Program-made: the position numbers and the translations under genes
Part shown: one piece after another, positions 16,601 through 28,672 of the stretch
How the letters are laid out: every line of letters starts with the position of its first letter
Position numbering within the stretch: the first letter of the stretch is position 1
The notes under the pieces: generated by a model
Seen by the model: the letters and a program-made list of their open reading frames with translations, nothing else
Databases searched by the model: none
What the model was told of the DNA's origin: nothing
Assembly: GCF_009914755.1 (NCBI RefSeq)
Contig: NC_060946.1
Direction: 5' to 3' (one strand)
Source of the DNA: the human T2T-CHM13v2.0 reference genome, Homo sapiens
Length of the DNA stretch: 64,000 nucleotides

Positions 16601-18646
16601 TAATTCCTGATTTTAATAACGATTCTGGAGTTGTGTAGGTTCTCACTCACGTGGGAGCTAAAGAAACTTGAACCCATGGACAAAGAGAATACAATGGCAG
16701 TACCAGAGGCTGGGAAGACTGGGTATGTGGAAGGGAGAATGAAGAGAAGTTGGCTATTGGGTACAAACCTACATTTAGAAGAAATAGGCTGTAATGTTTG
16801 ACAGCAGGCTGTGGTGGCTAAGTAATATTATTATGTGTAAATATTCAAAGTAACCAGAATACACATTTTATGCATGTAACAAGTATTTGTATGTACCCTA
16901 CAAAGAGGTAAAATATTATGTGTCAGTAAGATGGAGAGGTTATGCCCAAGCCTCCAGAGAGGGGCTCCTTGGATCCACACAGCACATCTTGCCCACCTGC
17001 ATCCATTGCTGCACTATGCTCGTCATATCTGGGCCTTCATGTTCTGGTCCCCAAGGCAGGTGATGCTGAGTCAGGTGGCCACACTGTGGACCTGGGTGTT
17101 GGTGGCCCAGAGGGTGGGTGCTAGAGGCTTCCTGCCCTTCTTGTTCCACTGGGACCAGATGGAGCCAGGCAGTGACAGGCTACCACCTTCTTGACCAGAT
17201 CCTGGAACACAGGAGTGTCTCACCTGGCCCCTCATCATCCCAACTTAGCACCCAAAGTACCTTCGGGCCTGGACCATGGCTGGGCCGGAACTCAGGATGG
17301 TTAGGATGCAGCTCAAGCCTTGTGGCATCTCTGGGTTCTCTGTCCACTGAGGGTGCCCTGGGACACAAAGCTGGTGGGAAGAGGTTGGCATTTCCCCAGC
17401 CTATCCTTACTCATGCCAAGCACCCCAGACTGTCCTTCCTGGTGCATTGCCCTGGTCACATTCCCCAGGGCAGCTCAGGGCTTTGATTAGGGATTTCCCA
17501 TAGTCAGGTGCCTGATAAGTGTTGAGATGTGCAAGGCCACGTGGGCAGATGGGTAGGTACTCTTTGGTGAGCACCCCCAGCAGGGCAGTCCCCCACCCAG
17601 GTGTCTACCTGCTCCTGCTTGTGTTTGACTGTTACAGCACCTCATGCCAGGGCCACCAGCTCCCATCCCTCCTGTCAGGAAGGACACAGACAGCAAGCGT
17701 CTGGGGGTAAGGCATTTGCCAGGTGACACAGGTGGCGAGTGCCGGAGCTGGGATTTGAACCCGGATCATGGTACTCTGTATGGGGCAATGGAAGGTTTGA
17801 GGATGCCCATGTAGGAAGGAAGGGCAACGTGGCCCCACTGAGCCCAGCTGCTCCCTGTGAGCCTGGAGGAAATTGCTCAGCCCCCCAGCTGGGGAGAGAG
17901 TCCAGGAGGCCAGGCTTTCTCTTGCTTCCTGGCTCAGGGGATCACAGAGGAACAAGGAAATTTAGTGTGTGTGTCTTCTTTTTGTTTCATTCAAAATTTA
18001 ATTTAGTATCAAGCAAGAGGAGCTTTAGCTTAACCCTGCATATCAGGCAAGATTTCAGTTACAAAATAGTACCTTTTTTTTTTTTTTGCACTTGTGATTG
18101 GCTTTTCCTCTACTTCTTTTGGTAAGAGCAGGTTGGTGTCCAGGCTCAGAATCCATTTTTCCTCCCACACCAAAGCACCTGTGGTGTGGGTGAAGCAGAC
18201 TGGAGCCTGGCTGCATAAAGCTTTGCAGCAGGAGAGTCCTGGCAGGAGCATTGAGGTGCCACTGCCCTGGTCCAGCTCAGAGGCCAGCACCAGGGAGGCT
18301 CAGTGTCTTGTTCTCAGGATCTGCACGTGGGGTTGCCTTTCTGCATCTCCCCATCAGTGGTAGGTGCTCCTCCAAGCCCCCTCTTGCTGGCCTGGACACA
18401 GCGGCCTGCACCTTGACCCTATTGCATGCCAGTGGAGCAGAGCCCCCCAGGCCAGAAGCCCCACAGATGTTGGCCCTGGCTTGGACAGGCAGGGGGCACC
18501 GGGGCAGGAGCTGGCTGCGATCCTGTGGCCCCAAATGCCCCCTCGCTGATGGCCTCGTGTTCTGGGTGTGGAGCAAAGAGGAGCAGGTATCGAAGGCACC
18601 TCAGGCAGGTGCTGGGCTCAGTGGGCGTCTTGTGCTCCATGATTTT

Positions 18647-18891
18647 TTTTTTCAAATTTTATTATTATTATACTTTAAGTTTTAGGGTACATGTGCGTAA
18701 CGTGCAGGTTTGTTACATATGTATACATGTGCCATGTTGGTGTGCTGCACCCATTAACTCGTCATTTAGCATTAGGTATATCTCCTAATGCTATCCCTCC
18801 CCCCTCCCCCCACACAACAGTCCCCGGTGTGTGATGTTCCCCTTCCTGTGTCCGTGTGTTCTCGTTCCATTCCCACCTGTGAGTGAGAACA
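18647..18891 (-). mobile_element. Young 5'-truncated L1PA 3' end with TSD
   Basis: Antisense L1PA 3' UTR; TSD tgctcc(a/g)tgatttt at 18633-18646 and 18892-18905. Confidence 0.92.
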
Positions 18892-19225
18892 TGCTCCGTG
18901 ATTTTGAGGCCATTTGCAGCCAGCTCCGCCAGCCGGTGCTCTGAGCTGCAGCAGCGGCCATGCACAACAGCACCACCAGGAGTGTCCTGGGGGCTTTCTT
19001 CAGAGGAGGCTGTCAGCATCCTCAAGTTCCAGCCACTTAGCCCCAGTCCTGCTTCAAGAAGCTTTTTCTTTCACCAGAGGCTTCTCAATGGCCTGAAAGC
19101 TCGGCTGACTCCCAGGAAGTTTGCCGGGAAACACCAGGCTGTCAGTGACATTCGTGGTTCCAAGGCTTATGCAGGTTGCACGCATCGGCCACTGTCTGTG
19201 CCACGTGTACTGACACCACCAGAGA

Positions 19226-19600
19226 TGCGCACGCCGCACGCCGCACGCGCACGCCGCACGCGCACACGCACGCCGCACGCGCACGCCGCACGCGCAGCAG
19301 TGGCTTGGCTGGCTTGTAACGGCTTGCACGTGCATGCCGCGCGCGCACGCCGCACGCGTGGCAGTGGCTTGGCTGGCTTGTAAGGGCTTGCACGTGCATG
19401 CCGTGCGCGCACGCCGGACGCGTATAACGGTTTGGCTGGCCTGTAACTGCTTGCACGCGCATGCCGCACGTGCGTAATGGCTTGGCTGGCCTGTAATGGC
19501 TTGCACGCGCATGCTGCACGCGCGTTAACGGCTTGGCTGGTCTGTAACAGTCGGCATGCGCACACTGCACGTGCGTAACGGCTTGGCTGGCCTGTAGCGC
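19226..19600. promoter_or_regulatory. CpG-rich promoter-proximal minisatellite (6 units of 50-64 bp) with alternating purine-pyrimidine tracts
   Basis: ggcttggctgg anchor at 19302, 19366, 19429, 19479, 19530, 19580; CACGTG and GCGCATGC motifs; ~400 bp upstream of the POTE ATG. Confidence 0.7.
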
Positions 19601-19729
19601 TTGGCTTGGCTTTGCGTTCTTTGCTTGGCTTGGCGTTTGTCGCTTGGATTGACATTTCTTCCTTGGACTGACGTTTTTTCTGTCACGTTACTTTGCTGGA
19701 CTTGACCTTTTCTCTTCTGGGTTTGGCAT

Positions 19730-19880
19730 TCCCTTGGGTGGGCCGGGTGTTTTCTTGGGGGGTGGGGTTGGCCCTTCCTGGGGTGGGCGTGGGGTCGCCC
19801 AGCGTGGGTGTGGGCTTTCCCCAGGTGGGTGTGGGTTTTCCCTGGGTGGGGTGGGCTGGGCTCCCCTGCTGGGGTTGGCA
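19730..19880 (+). promoter_or_regulatory. G-rich promoter segment (GGGTGGGG/GGGTGTGGG boxes, G-quadruplex potential)
   Basis: More than 10 G3+ runs within 150 nt. Confidence 0.55.
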
Positions 19881-20004
19881 GGTTTTGGTCGGGACTTTTC
19901 TCTTCAAACAGATTAGAAACCCGGAGTTATCTGCTAGTTGGTGAAACTGGTTGGTAGACGCGATCTGCTGGCTACTACCGGCCTCCCCTGGCTGTTAAAA
20001 GCAG

Positions 20005-20525
20005 ATGGTGGCTGAGGCTGGTTTAATGCCAGCTGCCTCCTCTGTGAAGAAGCCATTTGGTCTCAGAAGCAAGATGGGCAAGTGGTGCCGCCACTGCTTC
20101 CCCTGGTGCAGGGGGAGCGGCAAGAGCAACGTGGGCACTTCTGGAGACCACGACGATTCTGCTATGAAGACACTCAGGAGCAAGATGGGCAAGTGGTGCC
20201 GCCACTGCTTCCCCTGGTGCAGGGGGAGCGGCAAGAGCAACGTGGGCACTTCTGGAGACCACGACGACTCTGCTATGAAGACACTCAGGAGCAAGATGGG
20301 CAAGTGGTGCTGCCACTGCTTCCCCTGCTGCAGGGGGAGCGGCAAGAGCAAGGTGGGCCCTTGGGGAGACTACGACGACAGCGCTTTCATGGAGCCGAGG
20401 TACCACGTCCGTCGAGAAGATCTGGACAAGCTCCACAGAGCTGCCTGGTGGGGTAAAGTCCCCAGAAAGGATCTCATCGTCATGCTCAAGGACACTGACA
20501 TGAACAAGAAGGACAAGCAAAAGAG
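20005..20525 (+). CDS. POTEG/POTEM/POTEH: POTE ankyrin domain family (group 3, 508-aa type) coding exon 1: Cys-rich repeats and start of ankyrin region
   Basis: MVAEAG...[24 protein letters not shown] x3...KDKQKR; donor AG|GTAACC at 20526; paralog cannot be fixed from sequence alone. Confidence 0.95.
20062..20394 (+). repeat. Three coding 111-bp (37-aa) Cys-rich repeats
   Basis: ctcag(a/g)agcaagatgggcaagtggtgc at 20062, 20173, 20284. Confidence 0.95.
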
Positions 20526-21057
20526 GTAACCAGGCCTGGGCTGGGAGGAGGTGGGATGTGGGAGGATGATGGGGACATACCCTCCTGGCGGGGGAGGAGG
20601 GGAGCCTGGTTTTCTCGCCTCCGCAGGCCTCACACCACCCTGGATGTGGAAACCTCAGAGAGTTCAGGGCACAGGCCCCTTTATGAGCAGCAACACAAAA
20701 ACAAAACTTTAGCTGATTTCCAATCAAATTATAATTTCCCTCCTAGAACACTGATAGACTGTTTTGAAGTGATTTAACTCGCAACATTGTCGATGCAGCA
20801 GATTATTTTTAATGTACAGATTTTAAAACAATGTTCTATACGTTAAAAAAGTGTATATTGAGAACTAAGAATGAAGCCCCATAACACATCAACTTCAGGG
20901 CTAAATATTCTTCAAATAAAATCCAGTATGGATTTTATATCAATGTACACTATGTAAATATGTTCTTTACTGAGTAATCTTAGAAGGAAACTGAAATGGG
21001 AAGATGGTTCTTGTGCTTGAATAGGAAGATTGGATTTTCTGAAGATGTGAGCTTTTT

Positions 21058-21358
21058 GGCTGGGCGTGGTGGCTCACACCTGTAATCCCAGCACTTTGGG
21101 AGGCTGAGGAGGGCAGATCATGGGGTCAGGAGATCGAGACCATCCTGGCTAACACGGTGAAACCCCGTCTCTACTAAAAAATATAAAAAAAATTAGCTGG
21201 ACGCGGTGACAGGCACCTGTAGTCCCAGCTACTCAGGAGGCTGAGGCAGGAGAATGGCGTGAACCCGGGAGGCGGAGCTTGCAGTGAGCCGAGATCACGC
21301 CACTGTACTCCAGCCTGGGAGACAGAGCAAGACTCCGTCTCAAAAAAAAAAAAAAAAA
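21058..21358 (+). mobile_element. AluY-like with TSD gtgagcttttt
   Basis: gagatcgagaccatcctggctaacacggtg diagnostic; TSD on both sides. Confidence 0.95.
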
Positions 21359-21784
21359 GTGAGCTTTTTCTATTTATCACTTTTACTTAAGCCAAATAAA
21401 AATAGCAGTTTTAGAGTTTTTAAATTACACATGCTGTCTTTTATTATTGTGCTAAGTTAATTTTTTTGTAGCAGAATGGACAAAGGCTTGCTTTTCCAGA
21501 TGTCAAAATGTGCATGTTATTTATTTCCACAAATTGTTTACTAACAGCTGAAAAGACATCAATGAATAAAACAGAACAGGAAATTTAGAAATACCGAAAT
21601 ATATGTAGGAATTTAGCGCTTGATAATGGTGACGTTTTGTATTATTTAAAAAAGATGGATTGTTCATAATTCATTTTTGGAGAAAACTAGCTAGATGTTT
21701 ATATCACAAAAATCAGAGTATAGATTAAAAATTTTAAATATACAAAAAGAGAAACATACCAGAAGAAAACACAAGTGCCTATTT

Positions 21785-21900
21785 ACATATGCAGATATAT
21801 ATACACATGTATATATATGTATATACGTATATATATATGTATATATATATACGTATATACATATATATACATGTGTATATATATATATATATATATACAC
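21785..21900. repeat. (TA/TG)n low-complexity tract
   Basis: Direct reading. Confidence 0.9.
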
Positions 21901-21902
21901 AA

Positions 21903-22199
21903 AATTTCTTTTTTTTTTTTGATGGAGTCTCACTCTGTTGCCCAGGCTGGAGTGCAGTGGTGCGATCTCGGCTCACTGCAACCTCTGCCTCATAGGTTCA
22001 AGCAATTCTCTGCTTCAGCCTACTGAGTAGCTGGGATTACAGGCGCCTGCCACCACGCCTGGCTAATTGTTTTGTATTTTTAGTAGAGATGGGGTTTCAC
22101 CATCTTGGCCAGGCTGGTCTTGAACTCCTGTCCTCGTGATCCACCCACCTTGGCCTCCCAAAATGCTGTGGTTACAGGCGTGAGCCACCATGCCTGGCC
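21903..22199 (-). mobile_element. AluS-like
   Basis: Antisense Alu consensus. Confidence 0.92.
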
Positions 22200-22368
22200 T
22201 ATATATGCAATAAAATAAGCACATTTTAAAATTGGGCAAAGTACTTTTTTGCATATCTACCAGTGACCTATGTGCATAGGAAAAGATAGCATTCCTGGTA
22301 GAAGAAGGAATTTAAATTAGAAGAGGAATGAAATACTGTTTTCTATTTAAGTTAGAGGAGGAATGAAA

Positions 22369-22667
22369 GGCCAGGTGCAGTGGCTTACGCCTGTTACCCC
22401 AGCACTTTAGGAGGCTGAGGCAGGTGGATCATGAAGTCAGGAGTTTGAGACCAGCCTGGCCAGTGTGGTGAAATCCTATCTCTACTGAAAATACAAAGAA
22501 TTAGCTGGGCATGGTAGCATGCACCTGTAATCCCAGCTACTCAGGAGGCTGAAGCAAGAGAATTGCTTGAACCAGGGAGGTGGAGGTTGCAGTGAGCCGA
22601 GATCGTGCCACTACATTCCGGCATGGGTGACAGAGTGAGACCCCATCTAAAAAACAAACAAACAAAA
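22369..22667 (+). mobile_element. AluS-like with TSD aggaatgaaa
   Basis: Alu consensus; inverted relative to the neighbouring Alu at 21903-22199. Confidence 0.92.
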
Positions 22668-23861
22668 GGAATGAAATACTGTTTTCTATCCACAAAGTTT
22701 GTGAGGATGAATAACAGTGGTACTTATATAGTTGTTTAAAGTTTAAGTTGCTGCAGCTTTTCAAACAGGCACTTTAGTGGTAAGAACCACATTTTAAAAA
22801 TGTTATGCTTTTTCCTCATCAGTTCCATTATACTGAAATATCTTCACCAAATAGATGTCTGTTTTTCTTAGTATTGCTTAAAATAGCAGTGTATTTAGAA
22901 AAGCCCATATAAAGATTTCATGAACAAATTTCAGTGCATCCATAGGACGGAATAATATGTAACTATTGAGGGTGTCAGTACATAGAGATATGTCGACATG
23001 CAAAGATGTACTTTGCTATAGCAAGTGAGAAAAAAATCAGTTTGTTACACATATACACGAACAGAATCTGCTCTTGTGTTAGCTGAAAATATGTAGAAAA
23101 TATAATCAAACTTGTTTCTGGGGATTTGTAAATGAAGTTTTTCCTTTTATCTGTGATTTCTGCAATGAACATCTGAACTTTTAGTTTAGGTTCATTAGTA
23201 ATGACATAATCCTTGGGAAGAGAAGGAATATGCTTCTTGCATAGATGCAAATAATTTCTCACATTCTATTATTTATTTTTATTTCTGTGGTTGGCTATCT
23301 ACTGTGAACTTTTACCCTCTTCAGAAGTAGAGGGATTGTGTTTACCTGTTCCTGTAGATTTTATTGTATATAGATTTTATTACATAATTACCTTTTCATT
23401 ATATATAGATTAACATGTAAAAAGTATGAATTAATCATTTTAGTTGAGTTATATATTTATGAAAATTAAAATAGCAAATATAAATGATATTACTATTGCA
23501 AATGTATTGCCCTACTCTACAGGAGTTTTCTTTAAAAATATTGAACTCCCAAGCTGTGTTCATCCATTGTTTTCAATCCGTTTAGTCATCAGACGTAAGC
23601 CAGACACCTATTATGGGGCAGGCATATTCTACTATCTCTCAGGATCCTTCCATCTTTGAAAACATTTATGTTTGCCTGCTGGGCTTGAGCAAGCTGAGAG
23701 ATTTAAAATTGGGGCATTAGGACTTAATCTCAATTGAAGCTTCTCCTCCCTCCTTTCAAACAGAAGCATTTCTGAAGGTAGAAAATAGTAAAAGACAACC
23801 CTTAACTGCCCTTTTGAAAATGTATAAGTCTTGGATAAAGACTGTTTTAGTTGTTTTAAGA

Positions 23862-24258
23862 ACTAAAATGTGGTACATAAACAGCATGGAATACTATGCA
23901 GCCATAAAAGAAGGAACGAGAGCCTGTCCTTTGCAGGAACATGGATGGTGTTGAAAGCCATTATCCTTAGCAAACTAACATAGGAAGAGAAAACCAAATA
24001 CTGTATGTTCTCACTTATAGGTGGGAGCTAAATGATGTCAACACACAGATACCTAGAGGGAAGCAACACACACTGGGGCCTATCAGAGGGTGGAGGGTGG
24101 GAGGAGGGAAAGAAGCAGGAAATAGAATGAACGGGTACTGGGCTTAACACCTGGGTAATGAAATAATCTGTACAGCCAACCCCGTTGGTGCACGTTTACC
24201 TATGTAACAAACCTGCACATCCCGCACATGTACCCCTGAATGTAAAAGTTGAAAAAAG
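23862..24258 (+). mobile_element. L1PA 3' end fragment
   Basis: ggaatactatgcagccataaaa...acctgcacatcccgcacatgtacccctgaa. Confidence 0.85.
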
Positions 24259-25276
24259 CTCCACAAATAGTTTCATAAATCCATTTTAAAAAGAGAAAAT
24301 TTATAACAGTCTTAAATCCTAATATGAATGATTGGAAATATCTGATGTACATACATTGTATAAATCTAAGTATTGAAAAAAATGAGCCCATGCTATTCAT
24401 TTCAATTCCAAGTTTTGTTTGGCTTAAAGTTTATTGAAAACCAAAGTAAGAATTGGTTTATTTTAGAAATTTGTTTTTGTTTTCACTTCAGCTCTCTTAT
24501 TCCATAGTACTTTTAAGAACTAAAATTTAAATGCTGGTCATCTGACTGGAACCGCCCCAGACCTGTTACATTATAACATATTCTACTTAATGTAAGGCAC
24601 CAGAGATTGTACGATGCCCCATTATTTTATGTCTCAATAAGAGAATTATTTAAATGCCGCCAATTATAGTAAATCATGAATTGTAAGTGGTATTTCAGTG
24701 GAGACAACATGGAGACAATGATCATCTCAGAATCACTAAAATACAATGTTAGCTGTAATATTTAAAACACACCTGAAAGTGTAGGTATAATTGTATCATC
24801 TCACTTAATTCAAATGTTGTCTTTAGTGGTATTAGTAAAAATCATAATATCTAACAATTATTGAGCTGTTATTTGTGTTAGGAACTATTCTGTATCTTTT
24901 GTGCCGAGTCTCATTTAAGCATTACAGTGGTTTCCTGTGAGAAAGCTACTATTTTCATTCCTATTTTATTGATGAGGAAACTGAGACCCCAAAAGGCTAA
25001 GCAACAGCCAGAAAGTGACAGAGCTTCAAGTAGGATTCCAGCCCAAGTTGAATGTCATCCAAGGGCTATGCTCTTTGTATTCATATAGGCTGCTCTTTCA
25101 TTAATACAGCGAGTAATGAGAGATAATAAATCGTGTGCTTTTTTCATGGGAAAGTTAAATGTTTGTTTTGAAGGCACAGTAATAGCAGGCTATTCAGTGT
25201 TTGCGATTATGTGTATCATTGATATGGCTGTAGCTAGTGCACTACAATTTCCTAAAAAGTCTTCTCACCCTCATAG

Positions 25277-25391
25277 GACTGCTCTACATCTGGCCTCTGC
25301 CAATGGAAATTCAGAAGTAGTAAAACTCCTGCTGGACAGACGATGTCAACTTAATATCCTTGACAACAAAAAGAGGACAGCTCTGACAAAG
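25277..25391 (+). CDS. POTEG/POTEM/POTEH: POTE coding exon 2 (ankyrin; [15 protein letters not shown]...TALTK)
   Basis: catAG|g...aag|GTATGC; 115 nt, phase 2 to 0. Confidence 0.95.
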
Positions 25392-25547
25392 GTATGCAGT
25401 AGCCAACTATGTCAGCGTGAAGTGGGTTTGATTTCAATACATAGCATAAAAATGAGTTTTCTCCTTTAAATATAACTAGTTGGTGAAAGCTGTGGAATGT
25501 TATTTTGAAATCCTAGGATTTGTAATTTGTTTATGGTGTAATACTGA

Positions 25548-25727
<180 letters not shown>

Positions 25728-26949
25728 TAGATCTACCAATTTTATCTTCAAAATACTGAAATGCATTCGTGTTAACATTGACCTGTGTAAGGGCCAGTTT
25801 TCCATATTTGGAAGCTCAAGCATAACCTGAATGAAAATATTTTGAAATGACCTAATTATCTAAGATTTTATTTTAAATATTGTTACTTTCAAAGAAGCAT
25901 TAGAGGGTACAGTTTTTTTTTTTTAATGCACTTGCGGTAAATACTTTTTTTTGAAAACACTGAATTTGTAAAAGGTAATACTTACTATTTTTCAGTTTTT
26001 CCCTCCTAGGATTCTTTTCCCCTAATGAATGTAAAATGGCAAAATTTGCCCTGAAATAGGTTTTACATGAAAACTCCAAGAAAACTTAAACATGTCTCAG
26101 TGAATAGAGATCCTGCTTCTTTGGCAAGTTCCTAAAAAACAGTAATAGATACGAGGTGATGCACCTCTCAGTGGCAAGGCTTAAGATATTTCTGATTGCT
26201 CATGAGGCAGAAGTGGAAAGGGAAAAAGAGAGCAGTCAGAAATATCAGGGCCAATTTGGAAATTAGGCAATAGAGGGAAGAGACCATGAAGAGGTTGTGT
26301 GTGTGTGGTGTTGTTGTTGTTGTTCATTTATTTATTTCCTTTGTATGGTGAGACAAAGTTCTCTTTGATTTTAGAGAATGACAGTTTTCAGTTTGGGAGA
26401 GGGAGTTAGTGGGTTGTAAACTGCCTAGAGATGAATTTTAGGAGGCCTCTGAGGAACCAGATTGGCAGTGAATAGGTGGGTAATGTAAGGGGAAACCCTT
26501 GAGCAGGGGGAATATCAAGTAATTAACTGACTTAGTATCCTCTTCTGGTAGAAGTGGCCAATTAGAGCCTCAGCTCTGCTTTCAAATCTAGAGTGTCTGG
26601 ATGGGAAGGTGGAAGATAAATGAGTAACAAGATCAAGTTGGATTTTGAGTTGACTAGATCCTGTTGTGTTACCGGGAAAAATTATGTGGTGTTTTCAGCA
26701 AATGGGTCTCTCTCCTACTCTTTACTCTTTTTGGCCAAATCTTCAAATAAGAAAGGGAATTGGTTATCTGGGTGGTGAGAAATGAGACTGAAGTAATTGT
26801 CTATTGTACTAGCTTTCAGCTAGAATTGTGCATCCCAGTAACCTGAGGAAAATTTTTAAATAATCAACAAGTCTAGGCTTATTCCTGAAGATTTTGATAC
26901 AGTAAGTCTAATAAAGCTTGGATATGTATATTTAAAAATGTTTCCTTGA

Positions 26950-27070
26950 AGCCAGGCATGTTGGTGCATGGCTGTAGTCCCAACTGTTAGGGAGGCTGAG
27001 GTGGGAGGATTGCTTGAGCTCAGGAGTTCGAGTCTAGCCTTGTCAACATAATGAGCCCCTGTCTCTAAAA
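26950..27070 (+). mobile_element. Alu monomer (FLAM-like)
   Basis: Single-arm Alu followed by (CAA)-rich tail. Confidence 0.8.
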
Positions 27071-27260
27071 ACGACAGCAACAATAACAACAGCAACAATT
27101 TTCTCAAAATCTGGATACACTCCTGCTTAAGAACCACTGAATACATAAATGTAATATATAAATTCTTATATCTCAGAAACTTAAGGTATCTCTAGAAGAG
27201 TTGGAGTTGGATATGTGCTGATTTCTTTAAATCTTTCCTTTCCAATAACATTAATCTGAC

Positions 27261-27555
27261 TTTTTTTTTTTTTTTAGATTGAGTCTCACTCTGTTTCCCA
27301 GGCTGGAGTGCAGTGGTGTGATCACAGCTCACTGCAACCTCGACCTCCCGAAGCTCAGATGGTCCTCCAACCTCAACCTCAGTTGTTTTTTTCTTTCTTT
27401 CTTTTTATTTTTATTTTTATTTTTATTTTTTTTTAGTAGAGATGAGGTTTTTGCCATGTTTCTCAGGCTGGTCTTGAACTCCTGGGCTCAAGCAATTCAT
27501 CCCCCTCAGCCTCCCAAAGTGCTAGGATTACAGGTGTGAGCCACCATTCCTGGCC
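27261..27555 (-). mobile_element. AluJ-like
   Basis: Antisense Alu consensus. Confidence 0.88.
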
Positions 27556-28565
27556 TAGTCTGACTTTTATCTCTGTGGTTGAGACATTAAAATGAATATT
27601 ATTGGTAGTATCTATCAGGTTACATATCAGGTTACAGAATAATATATTTTCCTTTCTACCATCAGTTATTCACTGCCATTCAGAAGGTCTTTAGTAGTTT
27701 GCTGTGAGCAGTCTTTCAATAAGTAGAGGATGGCCCTCTCAGGATTTTGTGTCTCTTTGTTCAGTCATTCAAGTGCTTAGGTCAGTAAGTCATTAAGAGC
27801 AGAGTTTTCTCAATTGGAATTAAGCAAATTCTAAACTGTTTTTTATCAATTGAAGCTGTATTGTGGACTGTCCAGTGTGTCTCTTTAAGTATGTAGAGCT
27901 TTGGCATAATCAGCATGGCAGTTTTACACACTTAAAACCATGGAGTTATTAAGAATGCAGATAGGAATTCTGTTAATTTAGTTTCAGTAGTCCTATGAAC
28001 TGATTATTTAGTAACAATCTGGGAAAATTAAATATAAATAGATTTTAAATAAATAAATGTTGGAAAATTTTTTCAGATGGGCAGTGTGAGTTTTAATAGC
28101 AATTTTTGTTGCATGTTGGAGGTTGAACTTTCAGTAAAACATGAAACTAAAGAAATATTTTACATGCAAATTCTTGCTTTATACGCAATTTATCTTAGGG
28201 TTGAGGATATAGAAACAAAAGATACAGCCCCTGCCCTCAAGGAGCTCTTTGTTTAGATGGGAAAAATATTACCATCCAATAATACCATATCAAATGCTGG
28301 GTTAGAAGCAAAGAGCCTTGGAAGCAGTAAATGTTTAAAGTGAGTTTTTGAGATGAGTAGAGTTACTGTGGTGAGGCAGAGAAGGGGTGTTTCCAAGGGA
28401 AGGAGCAGCGTGTGGGAAAGCACAGAAGAGTGAGAAGGAAGCGACTAAATTTTATTTACTTTCTATGCATGTAAGTCCATAAGATCTTATATAAAGTTTC
28501 CACTTCGGTTGAGGAATATGTACTTTTTTGAATTACATACGTTTTTGCTTTATATTGTTTTACAG

Positions 28566-28672
28566 CATGGCCTCACACCACTGTTACTTGGTGTACATGA
28601 GCAAAAACAGCAAGTGGTGAAATTTTTAATCAAGAAAAAAGCAAATTTAAATGCACTGGATAGATATGGAAG
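28566..28672 (+). CDS. POTEG/POTEM/POTEH: POTE coding exon 4 (HGLTPLLLG...LDRYG)
   Basis: tacAG|cat...ag|GTATAG; 107 nt. Confidence 0.95.

Noticed and set aside
15100-18600. GC-rich block with many overlapping ORFs, possibly a duplicated gene fragment
   Set aside because: No identifiable protein similarity or consistent exon chain; needs BLAST
18354-19025. Minus-strand frame that would be continuous if the L1 at 18647-18891 were removed
   Set aside because: Joined peptide matches nothing I recognise; length is expected by chance in GC-rich DNA
18883-19655. Arg/Ala/His-rich ORFs of 140-166 aa
   Set aside because: Translations of the CpG-rich promoter VNTR
20023-20727. 234-aa antisense ORF over exon 1
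   Set aside because: Shadow of a GC-rich, in-frame repeated coding exon; no recognisable domain
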